Notes under the pieces: model-generated
Told to the model about the DNA's origin: nothing
The model's input: only the letters and a program-made list of their open reading frames with translations
Databases searched by the model: none
Virus record (IMG/VR): IMGVR_UViG_3300030330_002590
Span: 1-28,563 of that record
DNA: 28,563 nucleotides
Strand: one strand, 5' to 3'
Source of the DNA: a virus
Lineage: Duplodnaviria > Caudoviricetes
Part shown: piece by piece, positions 1 through 8,970 of the stretch
How the letters are laid out: every line of letters starts with the position of its first letter
Numbering within the stretch: the first letter of the stretch is position 1
Program-made: the position numbers and the translations under genes

Positions 1-28
1 CTCAGGCACGACGATCTCTCGGATCTCC

Positions 29-346
29 ATGAAGTCAGAGCGGTTTACAGCAGGTCAACTTTGGATTGAACGTAACCGCAGACGTGAAGGACCGCCTGTT
101 GTTTACACCGTATTGTGCGGCAACTCGGCCAGGCCATTTACAGATCCAAAAGCCATCCTCAAATGGGTGAAGTGGCCCAAAGGTACGCCTACAGGTGACG
201 CGCTACGCGATTGGCTTGCCTCGTTTGAGCAGAAACAAGATGCACCCGCGCCAGAACTGGATATGGCGCAGCTGCAACGTGAAGGCTTCGGGCCGGAATG
301 TCATGACCCAGAGGATCCGACTGCCAACACTAAAATGGTGACGTGA
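29..346 (+). CDS. Hypothetical phage protein, 105 aa; the only plausible plus-strand gene
   Basis: ATG-started ORF with protein-like composition; converges on 330..560 with a 17 nt overlap. Confidence 0.6.
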   Translation: MKSERFTAGQLWIERNRRREGPPVVYTVLCGNSARPFTDPKAILKWVKWPKGTPTGDALRDWLASFEQKQDAPAPELDMAQLQREGFGPECHDPEDPTANTKMVT

Positions 347-560
347 TCGCAGGGCCTGTCTCTGTTGGCAGTTTTGGCATCTCAGGCATCTCTGGGACAG
401 GCACCTGATCAAGAATCGTTTTTGTCAGCTCTAGTTTCAGCTCGCTGGCGTAGTTTTTGACCATCGATGGCACGCGCGTGTAAGCCATCACGCCCATGAC
501 GGCCATCGTCCCGGACATGACAAAGCCGAGAACGCCCAGCAGGTTGTAGACCTTTTGCAT
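330..560 (-). CDS. Small membrane-anchored protein, 76 aa (N-terminal TM helix, Pro-rich tail)
   Basis: Hydrophobic segment LLGVLGFVMSGTMAVMGVMAY; C-terminal PVPEMPEMPKLPTETGP. Confidence 0.7.
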   Translation of the reverse strand: MQKVYNLLGVLGFVMSGTMAVMGVMAYTRVPSMVKNYASELKLELTKTILDQVPVPEMPEMPKLPTETGPAITSPF

Positions 561-575
561 AATTGTTCAGCCAAC

Positions 576-610
576 AAAAAGCCCCCGCGCTCTGCACAAG
601 TACGGGGGCT
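576..610 (-). terminator. Intrinsic terminator downstream of the OMP gene
   Basis: Minus strand AGCCCCCG-N15-CGGGGGCT followed by TTTT; perfect 8-bp GC-rich stem. Confidence 0.75.
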
Positions 611-647
611 CCTTGCCGTCTGTGTGAGGAGACAGTTAGGTTCTAGC
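576..647 (-). ncRNA. Candidate Yfr1-like small RNA or structured 3' UTR element
   Basis: CTCCTCACAC (622..631) matches 10 of 11 nt of the cyanobacterial Yfr1 core ACUCCUCACAC and lies just upstream of an intrinsic terminator. Confidence 0.5.
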
Positions 648-652
648 AGCGA

Positions 653-991
653 TCAGAAACGAGCGCCAATCTTCACGTTGCCGGTGGTTTCAGTGTCGCC
701 AGTGGCGAATGAAAGCTCACCGTAAAGAGGGCCACCGCTGATGCCAGCTTTGCCAGAAAGCTCAACCTCAGAATCGCCAGTGTCAGGCGTCACGAGGCTA
801 GGGCCAGCTTGAACATAAGCACCGTTTGAAAACTCGTAACCAACATGCAGGTCGGTGACAGCACCACCCACGCCGGTCTCAGTTCCAACGCCGATGTTGA
901 TTTCGGGGTTAGCAAACCAATCTGCGCGGGCAGAGAGGGGAGCCAAGGCAAGTGCGCCAACGGCTGCACCAAAAACAAGACGCTTGATCAT
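653..991 (-). CDS. Small outer-membrane beta-barrel-like protein of the cyanophage/picocyanobacterial OMP type
   Basis: Signal peptide ending ARA-D; amphipathic strands TDLHVGYE, YVQAGP, LSGKAG, YGELSF; C-terminal Phe (BAM signature). Confidence 0.75.
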   Translation of the reverse strand: MIKRLVFGAAVGALALAPLSARADWFANPEINIGVGTETGVGGAVTDLHVGYEFSNGAYVQAGPSLVTPDTGDSEVELSGKAGISGGPLYGELSFATGDTETTGNVKIGARF

Positions 992-999
992 CGGAAGAA

Positions 1000-1125
1000 T
1001 TAGCGTTTTCCCTGGCCACGGTACTTCTTTCGTCCCTTTTTAGGGCGTGAGTGTTGACCATTTCCTTGTGTGGTCCGTTTGGGTTTACCGACAACAAATG
1101 TTTGCCCGTTCAGGGACTTAGCCAT
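1000..1125 (-). CDS. Small basic protein, 41 aa, MAKSLNGQTFVVGKPKRTTQGNGQHSRPKKGRKKYRGQGKR (absent from ORF track)
   Basis: Hand translation; ATG overlaps the upstream TGA (TGATG); ends in a KKYRGQG motif I recognise from small marine-phage proteins. Confidence 0.75.
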   Translation of the reverse strand: MAKSLNGQTFVVGKPKRTTQGNGQHSRPKKGRKKYRGQGKR

Positions 1126-1316
1126 CAGATGCCGTCAGTTGAAGTCAGGTTCTGATACTTCAGAGCCAAACCTGTAAACAGACCATGCTGAGGGTGGCTG
1201 ATCTGGTCACGGCCATCAAGGAAGTACAACTCTTCGAGCCACAGCGTTCTAGCCGCCATAGCCTGTACGTCCTCCGCTCCAGGCTTGGCGGCGATCATCG
1301 GGTCAGGGCGTTGCAT
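1125..1316 (-). CDS. Conserved hypothetical protein, 63 aa (MQRPDP...LEELYFLDGRD...HGLFTGL)
   Basis: Start moved to ATG 1316, just after the stop of 1321..1653; its stop is coupled to the next ATG. Confidence 0.7.
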   Translation of the reverse strand: MQRPDPMIAAKPGAEDVQAMAARTLWLEELYFLDGRDQISHPQHGLFTGLALKYQNLTSTDGI

Positions 1317-1320
1317 TAGA

Positions 1321-1653
1321 TCACCAGCTAGAAGGTTTGCCAGACGCCTGAGTCGGCGTAATCTGCTCAACGATGCGTGCAGCCAGTGCATCCTGAATCT
1401 CAGTGACCTTTTCAGCGCCACCGAGTTTGGCCTGCACTGCTGCCACGATGTCAGCCTCAGTCAGATCCTCGAAGTCAGCCAGCGTGTCAGGACGATCAAG
1501 GCCGATGCTGCCGTAAGCGCCTGAGTTGTAGGCGTTGCCCTTAGCGTCAACCTGATCGCTGATTGCGGTCACGGTGTAGTGAGCCGTGTGAGCAAAACCG
1601 TCACTGAGGTCACGGTTGAGATCAGCGATCTTCCAAACGTAGGTGTTAGCCAT
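1321..1653 (-). CDS. Tail-fibre-associated hypothetical protein, 110 aa
   Basis: Directly follows the tail fibre gene; N-terminal TYxWKI and C-terminal GKPSSW pattern typical of genes in this position. Confidence 0.7.
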   Translation of the reverse strand: MANTYVWKIADLNRDLSDGFAHTAHYTVTAISDQVDAKGNAYNSGAYGSIGLDRPDTLADFEDLTEADIVAAVQAKLGGAEKVTEIQDALAARIVEQITPTQASGKPSSW

Positions 1654-1680
1654 GCTGAGGTGAAGTCAAAGAGAGTTTAC

Positions 1681-3339
1681 TTAGCCAGCCTCAAGGGCTG
1701 CAACCTTGGTTTCCAGAGTTGTGATCTTGGCTTTAGCCTCTTGCAGTGCTTTTAACATTGGAACAATCAGCTTTTTGTAATGAATACCACGCAGCTCCAT
1801 CTCACCCTCAACTTCGTCATAGAAACAAAGCTCAGGGGCAACAGGTTCAACGTCCTCCGCAATTAAGCCATATTCAAGCTCAGGATTAACTTCACCAGTA
1901 TACGCACCCTCTTGATCAGTTAGCTTGTAGTTAAATGAACTAGGTTGAAGCTGATAAAGCCAGTCAACATTACTCAAAAGGTTGATATTTACTTTTGAGT
2001 TCCGAACAGAAGAGATGTAACCAAGCTGACCACCATCTTCAATGAAAACGTCTCTAGTCGTTCCACTGAGAGGCGTGCCATAAATTACTTGAGCAGTAAT
2101 TCGCCCGTTTCCGGCAATTCTAAATCGCTCGCTGCCAGCTGTCTTAAACCGCATGTAGTCGCCATTATGCGAATACTGAATCTCACCTCTATCTTGTGCT
2201 GAATCCTCAAATAAAATTGTTCCAGCAGAGCTAGTGCCGCTACGAATAGTAATACCAGCGTTAGCTGAATCTGCGATTGTTAGTTGCTCTCCAGCTGCAG
2301 GGCCAGGTGAAGTGGTCCCAACCATCAACCGCCCAGAGCTATCGATTCGCAGCCGCTCCGTCGGGCTGCTTGCACCGTTCGCTGTGGTGGAGAACACTAG
2401 GCGGCTTGGATGAGAACTTGAATGTGTCCAAGTTGCATCGGCTTCACCTTTAATTTCTGCGCCTTGAGTTTCGTCGGCACTGCCGCCAAATTGAATAGCA
2501 CCAATGCCATTGCCATTACCAATAGTGGAATCGTTTTTGCCTACAAAAATTTTGCCGATTGAATCACCTGCCGACTTACCAACAATCATTCCTACAGCAG
2601 AGGACGCGCTAGATATACCAACCAGCAACCGCCCCGAGCTATCGATGCGTGCTCGCTCACTGGCGTTCACGCCAAATTTCATCACATCACCGTTATTGTC
2701 GTAATAGATGTAACCAGCATCATCATTATCAGAATCCCCAAATTCAATTCTGGATTCTGATGAAGTTCCAGATTGAATGGTTAAAAGGCCAACGCCGCCT
2801 GAGTCAATTTTTACTATCTGAGCTGAAGAGCCACTGCCATCATGAATATGTAATTTCCTGCTTGGCGACGAATTTCCGATGCCAATGCAATCATTCCCTG
2901 CATCGACAAACAGCATGTGAGTTTCGCCGTTTGACTCCACGCGGAAGTCAACATCATTGCTGGGGTCGTTGAATACAACCTCAGAGCTGCCAATCTCAAG
3001 ACGCTCTGCACCGCCAGTAGCAAAACCAATCTGATCAGCGGCAGGGCTGAATATGCCTGTATTTGCGTCATCAGCAAACGCAAGGCCAGGCGTTGAGGCT
3101 GATCCGTCCTCAATCAGCATCGTGCCGTCAAGCTCACGCAGCGTGATCCAGCCGTCGTTAGAGCTGTTCCTGATCTTCAGGACGTTCTCATTAGTGTCTG
3201 CCCAGAATTGGTAGGCGTATCGCGTGCCAGGTTCTGTACTGCTGCTGTTGTTGCTGACGATTGCCGCAAGGGCGTTATTCAAGTCAGAACGGACCGCAGC
3301 CCCCGTTCCATTAGCAATCACATAATCGTGAGTAGCCAT
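1681..3339 (-). CDS. Tail fibre / receptor-binding protein with C-terminal peptidase S74 intramolecular chaperone
   Basis: N-terminal anchor (MATHDYVIANGTGAAVRSDLNNAL); repeated ERxRIDSSGRL modules; S..K-xNI, GLIAEDV, YKKLIVPMLKALQE and terminal coiled coil. Confidence 0.88.
   Translation of the reverse strand: MATHDYVIANGTGAAVRSDLNNALAAIVSNNSSSTEPGTRYAYQFWADTNENVLKIRNSSNDGWITLRELDGTMLIEDGSASTPGLAFADDANTGIFSPAADQIGFATGGAERLEIGSSEVVFNDPSNDVDFRVESNGETHMLFVDAGNDCIGIGNSSPSRKLHIHDGSGSSAQIVKIDSGGVGLLTIQSGTSSESRIEFGDSDNDDAGYIYYDNNGDVMKFGVNASERARIDSSGRLLVGISSASSAVGMIVGKSAGDSIGKIFVGKNDSTIGNGNGIGAIQFGGSADETQGAEIKGEADATWTHSSSHPSRLVFSTTANGASSPTERLRIDSSGRLMVGTTSPGPAAGEQLTIADSANAGITIRSGTSSAGTILFEDSAQDRGEIQYSHNGDYMRFKTAGSERFRIAGNGRITAQVIYGTPLSGTTRDVFIEDGGQLGYISSVRNSKVNINLLSNVDWLYQLQPSSFNYKLTDQEGAYTGEVNPELEYGLIAEDVEPVAPELCFYDEVEGEMELRGIHYKKLIVPMLKALQEAKAKITTLETKVAALEAG
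2318..2649. repeat. 32-nt imperfect direct repeat (2318..2349 and 2618..2649) inside the tail fibre gene
   Basis: ccaaccatcaaccgcccagagctatcgattcg vs ccaaccagcaaccgccccgagctatcgatgcg; 29/32 identical, 300 nt apart. Confidence 0.85.
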
Positions 3340-3373
3340 GCCTCAGCCCGTTTTCGACAACAGTACCTTTATG

Positions 3374-6300
3374 TTAAACCGCCTTGCCATAGCCCACAGC
3401 CGCATACGTGAAGTTGCGATTCACGTTGGCATCACTGCTGTTCAAGATGTCCACGTCAAAGCCAGTGGCGCTGACATTGCTGACGTTTAGCCGTTCACCG
3501 TTGCCAAGGTTCTGAACCGTTACCGCAACGCTCGGCAGATAAGCATTCGATCCACCAAGCGATGCTGTGCCCGTGAAGAACGCCTTGTCGAAGGTCACGC
3601 TTTTAGTGCTGGTGCCTGAAGCGATAGTGCCGTTGCTATTTTCTTGCCTGCGCTGGAACGTTGCCTCATAGCCCAGCTCATCAACCAAAATGTTCTGACC
3701 CGTGTCGGAGCTGGTTAGCTCTGCTTTGAACTGGAACGCCCTGGCCTCAAACGTTCCAGAGATAAATTCTTGCCATGCGCCGTAGGTTGGAGAGCCTGAT
3801 GGGTCGTCGTTTGTGCTTCTGAAATACAGCTTGGCATTCACTGCGTCAGCGTCATCACCATCGAAATCGCTCCAATCGTCAACATTTGCTGTGCGTGAGT
3901 CTATTAGATCACTTGGAAAGAAAGCCCTGGTGACAAACCTGCGCTGAATATCCAGCGAGAACCGTGCGCCTAGATCAAGAGCATTGACAAATTGATATTC
4001 CGCAGAGGTCAACACGTCACCCATGTTGTCGAAATCATCAATCTCATCAAAATCAGTCGCATCGTCCAAGTCTTCATCACCATCAATGACTAATGCGTCA
4101 AGATCTTCGATGTAAGTACAGTCAGTCCGTGTCCCTTGAAAAGGTGGGCTGTCGAGGTCTTCTCTGCGGGTTTGGATCGCAAGTCGTCCCAGGGTGTCTG
4201 GGAACTGCATGATCACGCTGGTTGCGTTCGTGCTTTTGTTACCTAAGTCGTCTTCAAACTTGGCGAATATCTCACCAGCAACCAGCGGAACAATAGCCTC
4301 AGTTGAGTTACCAGCGACCGCTTCAATCAGATCAACAGAATTAGGCCACGTTGCTGTTCCATCAGTCAGGTTACTGTGCTTGATGTGAACAAGGCCATTC
4401 ACCTTCACGTCAAGGTCAACAGTCTTATCCCAGCGCAGGCGAGCACTATTGGCGCTGATTGGTTCAATCGACAGATTCTGCACATCGCCAGGCACTGCCG
4501 TCTTGCCGAGCAGCGTGTACGTTGCTGATGCTGTGCCGCTCTGCTTGCCAAGGTAGTTTTTGGCACGGATCTGAACAGTCAGCGTGCCAGCTCTCAACGT
4601 CCGCAAAGTTACAGACGGATTTGAAGTGTTTATCTCAGTAAAGTTGTCATTATCCAGCCTGTACTTAACAAGAAACTCATTGACATTTACTCTGTCGTGC
4701 TGCCAGCTCAGGTCAAAACCAGTGTGAACGGTTTGGCCCTCCTCGTATAAAAACTCAGTGCCAGACAAACCTTCTGGCGCCGTTGGCGTGCCGTTCAAGT
4801 TGCTTATGTCTCGCGCTGTTAGCGCAATGTCTTGTTCAACAGCTGCATAGATTGATGCGTTGTAGGCAACAGCAGTGACGCCGACAGTGCCATCGCCACC
4901 TTCAGCAACAGACACCACCCGGTATTGCTGCGATTGAATGTCGCTGGTTTGGATCAGGTAAATCGCTTGCGCCTGTGGTGCCTGGCTGAAAGCCTCGCTG
5001 ACAGTGATTGCAGTGCCTGAGATGCTGCTGATTGTTTTTGTCTCAACCAAACCTGTTGGCAGCAGCACTGACAGCGTCGGACTATTTGACAGGTTCACAG
5101 ACAGATCCGTGTCGCTGTCAATCGTGACGACAGTTGTCGTTGCAGAGCTGACCCTGCCGCTGCGGCGTGTGCCAGCACGCAAGGGATCAGCAATGTCGAT
5201 GACAATGCCTGGAGTGACAGCAATGCCGGCATCAATAGACACAGCGAAGCTGACTGTTTCTGACAGCAGCCTTTCGCTAGTCAGCAACCACTTGCCCAGC
5301 CTGTGCGCTTGGCCTTGGCTGTAGCAGCCGATTGCTTTTACGTCCTTATTAACGATGCCGTACTTTGCAACGGCGTCATGATCTTCAACATATTCATATT
5401 CAACTTCACCGAGCGTGTCATAGCTTTGCCACGCCACCGTGGCGCAAGTGTGTCGTGCTTTTTCAGCTGTGCCGCTGTAGGTGAACAAGCCATCAACAAC
5501 GTTGCTAGGGCCAAGCAGATATTGCGAGTCAGCAGGCTTGTCCTGACGCAAAACAAGTGAGCCGGCGCCGTAGTAACTGATGCCCCTGAAAATGCTGGTT
5601 AGCTGCTGAATAACGTTGTAGACCTCGTTCCGCGTGTTGAGCAGCAGGTTGAGGCTGAAGCGCGGCTCTTGCCCTCCTTTGCCATCATCAACAAGCTCGT
5701 TGCAGTATCTGCTGATTTCATAAAAGTCGAACAGGTCCAGTGACGATTCAGGCACGGAGCAGCCGTACCTGGTGTCCGTAAGCAAATCGAATAAGCACCA
5801 GGAAGGATCTGAGGTCCACGTTGCCGCAGACAGCGTGCCATCAAACAACCCTGAGTAAGTAATGCGCCCCAGGTGTGTTGTGGTGTCAACAGTGCCGTTG
5901 CTAGGGATCCTGACCTTTGTGCCACGAATTAGATATTTCCGCCGTGGGATGTTTTGGAACTGCTTTGAGCTAAAGCGCAGGCCAACCAACGCAGAGTTTG
6001 GATAGGCAAGCTTCTCTGTTTGGATTTCAGTGAAGCTGGTGAAAAAAGTGCTGCTGACTTTCTTGCTCGATGTCTCGTCTGCACTGACTCTGACAACTCG
6101 CACATCAACAGGAAAACTGCCTGTAAGTGGGACTAAATAATCGCGTTGATAGCGGTTGCTGCTCTTGCCTGAAATAGTGTCAGATACAACGTCGTTGTAT
6201 CCGCCGCCGTCATACTGAATCTGAATTTTAATCTGAACCGAGTGGCCAAGGATGTCACCCTTGTCAGTTACCTCTTGCAGACTTGGGAGTGAAATGGTTA

Positions 6301-6682
6301 GACGGATCCTGTCAATCTCACTATTGGTGATTGTTCGGGTAACTGGCGCACCATTAGTTACCTCAACATTGACTGCACGCTCTGTCTGGATTCCACCTGT
6401 TGCATCAGGGATGTGAGACTGCCCCTGCGTGCCGTTAACCGCAGTAACCGCAAAATTGTCAAAGTTGAAACTGCCGTCAGCGTTTTGCAGCGGAGTGTCT
6501 TCTAAAAAAATGCTTTTTGCCCCGTCGTCGAAGCCTTGAATCTCACCCTCACAAAGCAGGTCGAGAACGTTTGCAAACTGCTCAGAAGAAAGCGAATCAT
6601 CTTGCTCAACAGGCGTGCGGCCACCACCGCCGCCACCTTTGCCGCCACCACCTGAGCCAAGAATTAGTTTCTCTTCGTGCAT
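3374..6682 (-). CDS. Tail tip host-specificity protein, lambda gpJ-like
   Basis: 1102 aa; GGGGKGGGG start; DLLCEGEIQG, WTSDPSWC, YCNELVDDGKGGQEPRF, GCYSQGQAHRLGKW; FN3-like segments; follows K and I. Confidence 0.93.
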   Translation of the reverse strand: MHEEKLILGSGGGGKGGGGGGRTPVEQDDSLSSEQFANVLDLLCEGEIQGFDDGAKSIFLEDTPLQNADGSFNFDNFAVTAVNGTQGQSHIPDATGGIQTERAVNVEVTNGAPVTRTITNSEIDRIRLTISLPSLQEVTDKGDILGHSVQIKIQIQYDGGGYNDVVSDTISGKSSNRYQRDYLVPLTGSFPVDVRVVRVSADETSSKKVSSTFFTSFTEIQTEKLAYPNSALVGLRFSSKQFQNIPRRKYLIRGTKVRIPSNGTVDTTTHLGRITYSGLFDGTLSAATWTSDPSWCLFDLLTDTRYGCSVPESSLDLFDFYEISRYCNELVDDGKGGQEPRFSLNLLLNTRNEVYNVIQQLTSIFRGISYYGAGSLVLRQDKPADSQYLLGPSNVVDGLFTYSGTAEKARHTCATVAWQSYDTLGEVEYEYVEDHDAVAKYGIVNKDVKAIGCYSQGQAHRLGKWLLTSERLLSETVSFAVSIDAGIAVTPGIVIDIADPLRAGTRRSGRVSSATTTVVTIDSDTDLSVNLSNSPTLSVLLPTGLVETKTISSISGTAITVSEAFSQAPQAQAIYLIQTSDIQSQQYRVVSVAEGGDGTVGVTAVAYNASIYAAVEQDIALTARDISNLNGTPTAPEGLSGTEFLYEEGQTVHTGFDLSWQHDRVNVNEFLVKYRLDNDNFTEINTSNPSVTLRTLRAGTLTVQIRAKNYLGKQSGTASATYTLLGKTAVPGDVQNLSIEPISANSARLRWDKTVDLDVKVNGLVHIKHSNLTDGTATWPNSVDLIEAVAGNSTEAIVPLVAGEIFAKFEDDLGNKSTNATSVIMQFPDTLGRLAIQTRREDLDSPPFQGTRTDCTYIEDLDALVIDGDEDLDDATDFDEIDDFDNMGDVLTSAEYQFVNALDLGARFSLDIQRRFVTRAFFPSDLIDSRTANVDDWSDFDGDDADAVNAKLYFRSTNDDPSGSPTYGAWQEFISGTFEARAFQFKAELTSSDTGQNILVDELGYEATFQRRQENSNGTIASGTSTKSVTFDKAFFTGTASLGGSNAYLPSVAVTVQNLGNGERLNVSNVSATGFDVDILNSSDANVNRNFTYAAVGYGKAV

Positions 6683-7383
6683 CAGCTTTTACGGCGGAGA
6701 AGGAAGTCCAGCACAAGAGATTCCTCAGTAGAGCTATCAGGAGAATGGTCAACGTCGAGCCCGCTGCTAATCACAGCTGACCCAACAAAAAGCCGCCCAT
6801 AGGCTATTGGCACCGCAAGACCCTGCTGGCTGGTGTTAGTGATTCCGCTGAAGCTGAAGTTCTGAATCCGGTTTGCCTCTTTTAGCTCAAGTCCTGAAGG
6901 TGGCGTCGGCGAAATAATCTGCGACACACCTGTAAGGACCAAGCCAGCACCAACAGCAGATAACGCCGTGCCGACTGTTGTCAGCGTTCCTGCCGCTGCG
7001 ATTGGTCCACCAAATGCGCCGAAAGCAGAGGCCCCAAACAAGCCAGCACCAGGGAACGCAAACGATGCGCCAATCAGCAGAGCCCCAAACAAAATGCGCC
7101 CAAAACCACCACCGGCACCAGCAACTACAGGTGTGATGCTGAAGACCTCACGCTCTGACCAAGGCAGTCCCAAGATGCTGATGTCATCGGGTGTCGCCTC
7201 TTCTTTGCCAACCCTCACCCGATAGCCAACGCCATCCTGCTCACTATCAATAAGCCACTTGTCCAAGCCAGGGAAGTTGACGCACAAAGCCTTGACCGCC
7301 TGCGCAGGTGTTGCCACGTTCAGCTCAAAGCGGCACTGCCCTAGCCGCTCCCTCAAAGCGCCGTAGACCTTAACGACTTTCAT
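6682..7383 (-). CDS. Tail assembly protein, lambda gpI-like
   Basis: VKVYGAL...PVVAGAGG, Gly/Ala-rich middle, FSFSGITNTSQQGLAVPIAYGRLFVGS. Confidence 0.92.
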   Translation of the reverse strand: MKVVKVYGALRERLGQCRFELNVATPAQAVKALCVNFPGLDKWLIDSEQDGVGYRVRVGKEEATPDDISILGLPWSEREVFSITPVVAGAGGGFGRILFGALLIGASFAFPGAGLFGASAFGAFGGPIAAAGTLTTVGTALSAVGAGLVLTGVSQIISPTPPSGLELKEANRIQNFSFSGITNTSQQGLAVPIAYGRLFVGSAVISSGLDVDHSPDSSTEESLVLDFLLRRKS

Positions 7384-8077
7384 GGCGTATCGCCCGGTCT
7401 GTGGCCTTCAAATAATAGCCACCCAGTAAATCCCTAGAACTCAAGCGCCCTTGGACGTGATGCAAAATCTGCTGATCGCCAAGATAGATCGCAGCATGGT
7501 TCGGCACTGGCGATTGCAAGTTCATCAGCAGCAGATCACCGCGCTGCAGCTCTTCAATCGGCACCCGTGAAAACCCCTCTTTAGCGAAGTTCTCCACATA
7601 CATGTTTTCCCCGTTGTGCCACCACTGATCACGGCGGTGATAGTCACTCAACGTGATGCCGTATTCACGCTGGAAAAAGTCACGCACCAACGTGTAGCAG
7701 TCCACAATGCCGTGGACAAACTCACGACCTACATACTGCAGCTCAAAACCTTCTGGCTCGCAGTAGCCCCAGCCCTCAGTTTTCGGGTTGACGATGAACC
7801 AAGGCAGGCCGGACTTTTCACAGGCCACACGATCGGCCTCTGATGGTGCAGGGTTAGTTTTTGGATGGCTGTGAACAATCGCAACCACCTCGCCTTTGTC
7901 CTCGACTTCATGCCAGCCATCGAGCACGAAATGCTCATCGGGTGTTTGGGCAATGTTGCGACAGGGAAAATAACGACGCCTGCCCTTCACAACAGCAACC
8001 AGCCCGCAGCACTCCTTTGGGAACTCATCCTTTGCATGCTGCAGGATGTCCGCCTGCATTGCGTCAGTCAGTTTCAT
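7370..8077 (-). CDS. Tail tip assembly protein, lambda gpK-like (JAB + NlpC/P60)
   Basis: ECCG, HSHP...PSEAD (JAB); DCYTLVRD and NHAAIYLG (NlpC/P60). Confidence 0.93.
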   Translation of the reverse strand: MKLTDAMQADILQHAKDEFPKECCGLVAVVKGRRRYFPCRNIAQTPDEHFVLDGWHEVEDKGEVVAIVHSHPKTNPAPSEADRVACEKSGLPWFIVNPKTEGWGYCEPEGFELQYVGREFVHGIVDCYTLVRDFFQREYGITLSDYHRRDQWWHNGENMYVENFAKEGFSRVPIEELQRGDLLLMNLQSPVPNHAAIYLGDQQILHHVQGRLSSRDLLGGYYLKATDRAIRHESR

Positions 8078-8970
8078 CGGGTCAAGCCAGCCCCAGGGAA
8101 AGATCCAAACGGAAGCGTTCCGTTTTCACCGAAACGCAACTTGCAGGATGAAAGGCGCTTGCCACACACATCCTGCGACAAGGAGGGAACACTGTTGCCG
8201 TTCACATCAAAGAAGTTGCTGCCGGTGTAGCTGCACTCACTGCTCCTGTAAATCCATTGGCAGGTGTTGGCGATGATCTGTCGCTTTGGCAGCTTCTGCC
8301 CTGCAAGGTCAAACTCACTGGCAAGTTCAAAGGTCACAACATCCCGGGTTTCTGTTGCCTTGCGGTTGATGCGCCAAATCTCTGTGGGGAACTTGGCGTT
8401 CGGATCTGCCGTTGATTCACCGTCTAGGTAACGCTTTAGGGTGCGGATACGTTTCACTGTTGCACCCGTCAGGTCATTGCCTGTTGTTGTGGCATTGACC
8501 AGCGCCAGAAGCGTGGTCATGGTCCCGTCAAGGTTGGCGATGCTTAGCGTCGGCTGCGGAAGCGTGCCGCCAGAGCGCATCTCAAAACCATCAGCCTGAA
8601 CAGGGAATCGCGTATAGGCATTGCCATCAAACACGATGTTGCCTGTCACGTTGGCGTTGCTGCCGGCATGAAAGCGATAAACGTCAGAGCTGCCGTGCAA
8701 CGTGCTATCTAGGTGCAGCTCGAACAGCTCAATGATTGCGCTGGGAGCAAGAACAGAAACGTCCTCATAAACGCTGCTAATCGCAGTCCAGACAACAGTG
8801 TTGTCAGTGACTGTGCTGCCAACATCCGTTGGCCAGCTCGGTTCACTGCTGGCAGAAGTGCCAGCTGTTGTGCAGCGAAACCACAGGCCACTGTCTTGGC
8901 TTGTGGTGGCCCTGCGTGTGTCACCAACAGAGAAAGCGGTGCTGGCTGCCCAGGCTGCAACTGCTGCCAT
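8074..8970 (-). CDS. Minor tail protein, lambda gpL-like, with N-terminal extension
   Basis: IIELFEL, LPQPTLSIAN, RIRTLKRYLD, C-terminal Cys cluster CQW...ECSY...CGKRLSSC, PFGSFPG. Confidence 0.92.
   Translation of the reverse strand: MAAVAAWAASTAFSVGDTRRATTSQDSGLWFRCTTAGTSASSEPSWPTDVGSTVTDNTVVWTAISSVYEDVSVLAPSAIIELFELHLDSTLHGSSDVYRFHAGSNANVTGNIVFDGNAYTRFPVQADGFEMRSGGTLPQPTLSIANLDGTMTTLLALVNATTTGNDLTGATVKRIRTLKRYLDGESTADPNAKFPTEIWRINRKATETRDVVTFELASEFDLAGQKLPKRQIIANTCQWIYRSSECSYTGSNFFDVNGNSVPSLSQDVCGKRLSSCKLRFGENGTLPFGSFPGAGLTR

Noticed and set aside
330-560. Holin or spanin call for the TM protein
   Set aside because: No endolysin or lipobox partner is visible in the window; a single TM helix is not enough evidence.
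909-1421. Track ORF 909..1097 and the long start of 1125..1421
   Set aside because: They overlap better-supported genes; replaced by 1000..1125 and 1125..1316, which tile cleanly.
1681-3339. Diversity-generating retroelement or invertase shufflon acting on the tail fibre
   Set aside because: The repeats are short and direct, mismatches are not adenine-specific, and no RT or invertase is in the window.
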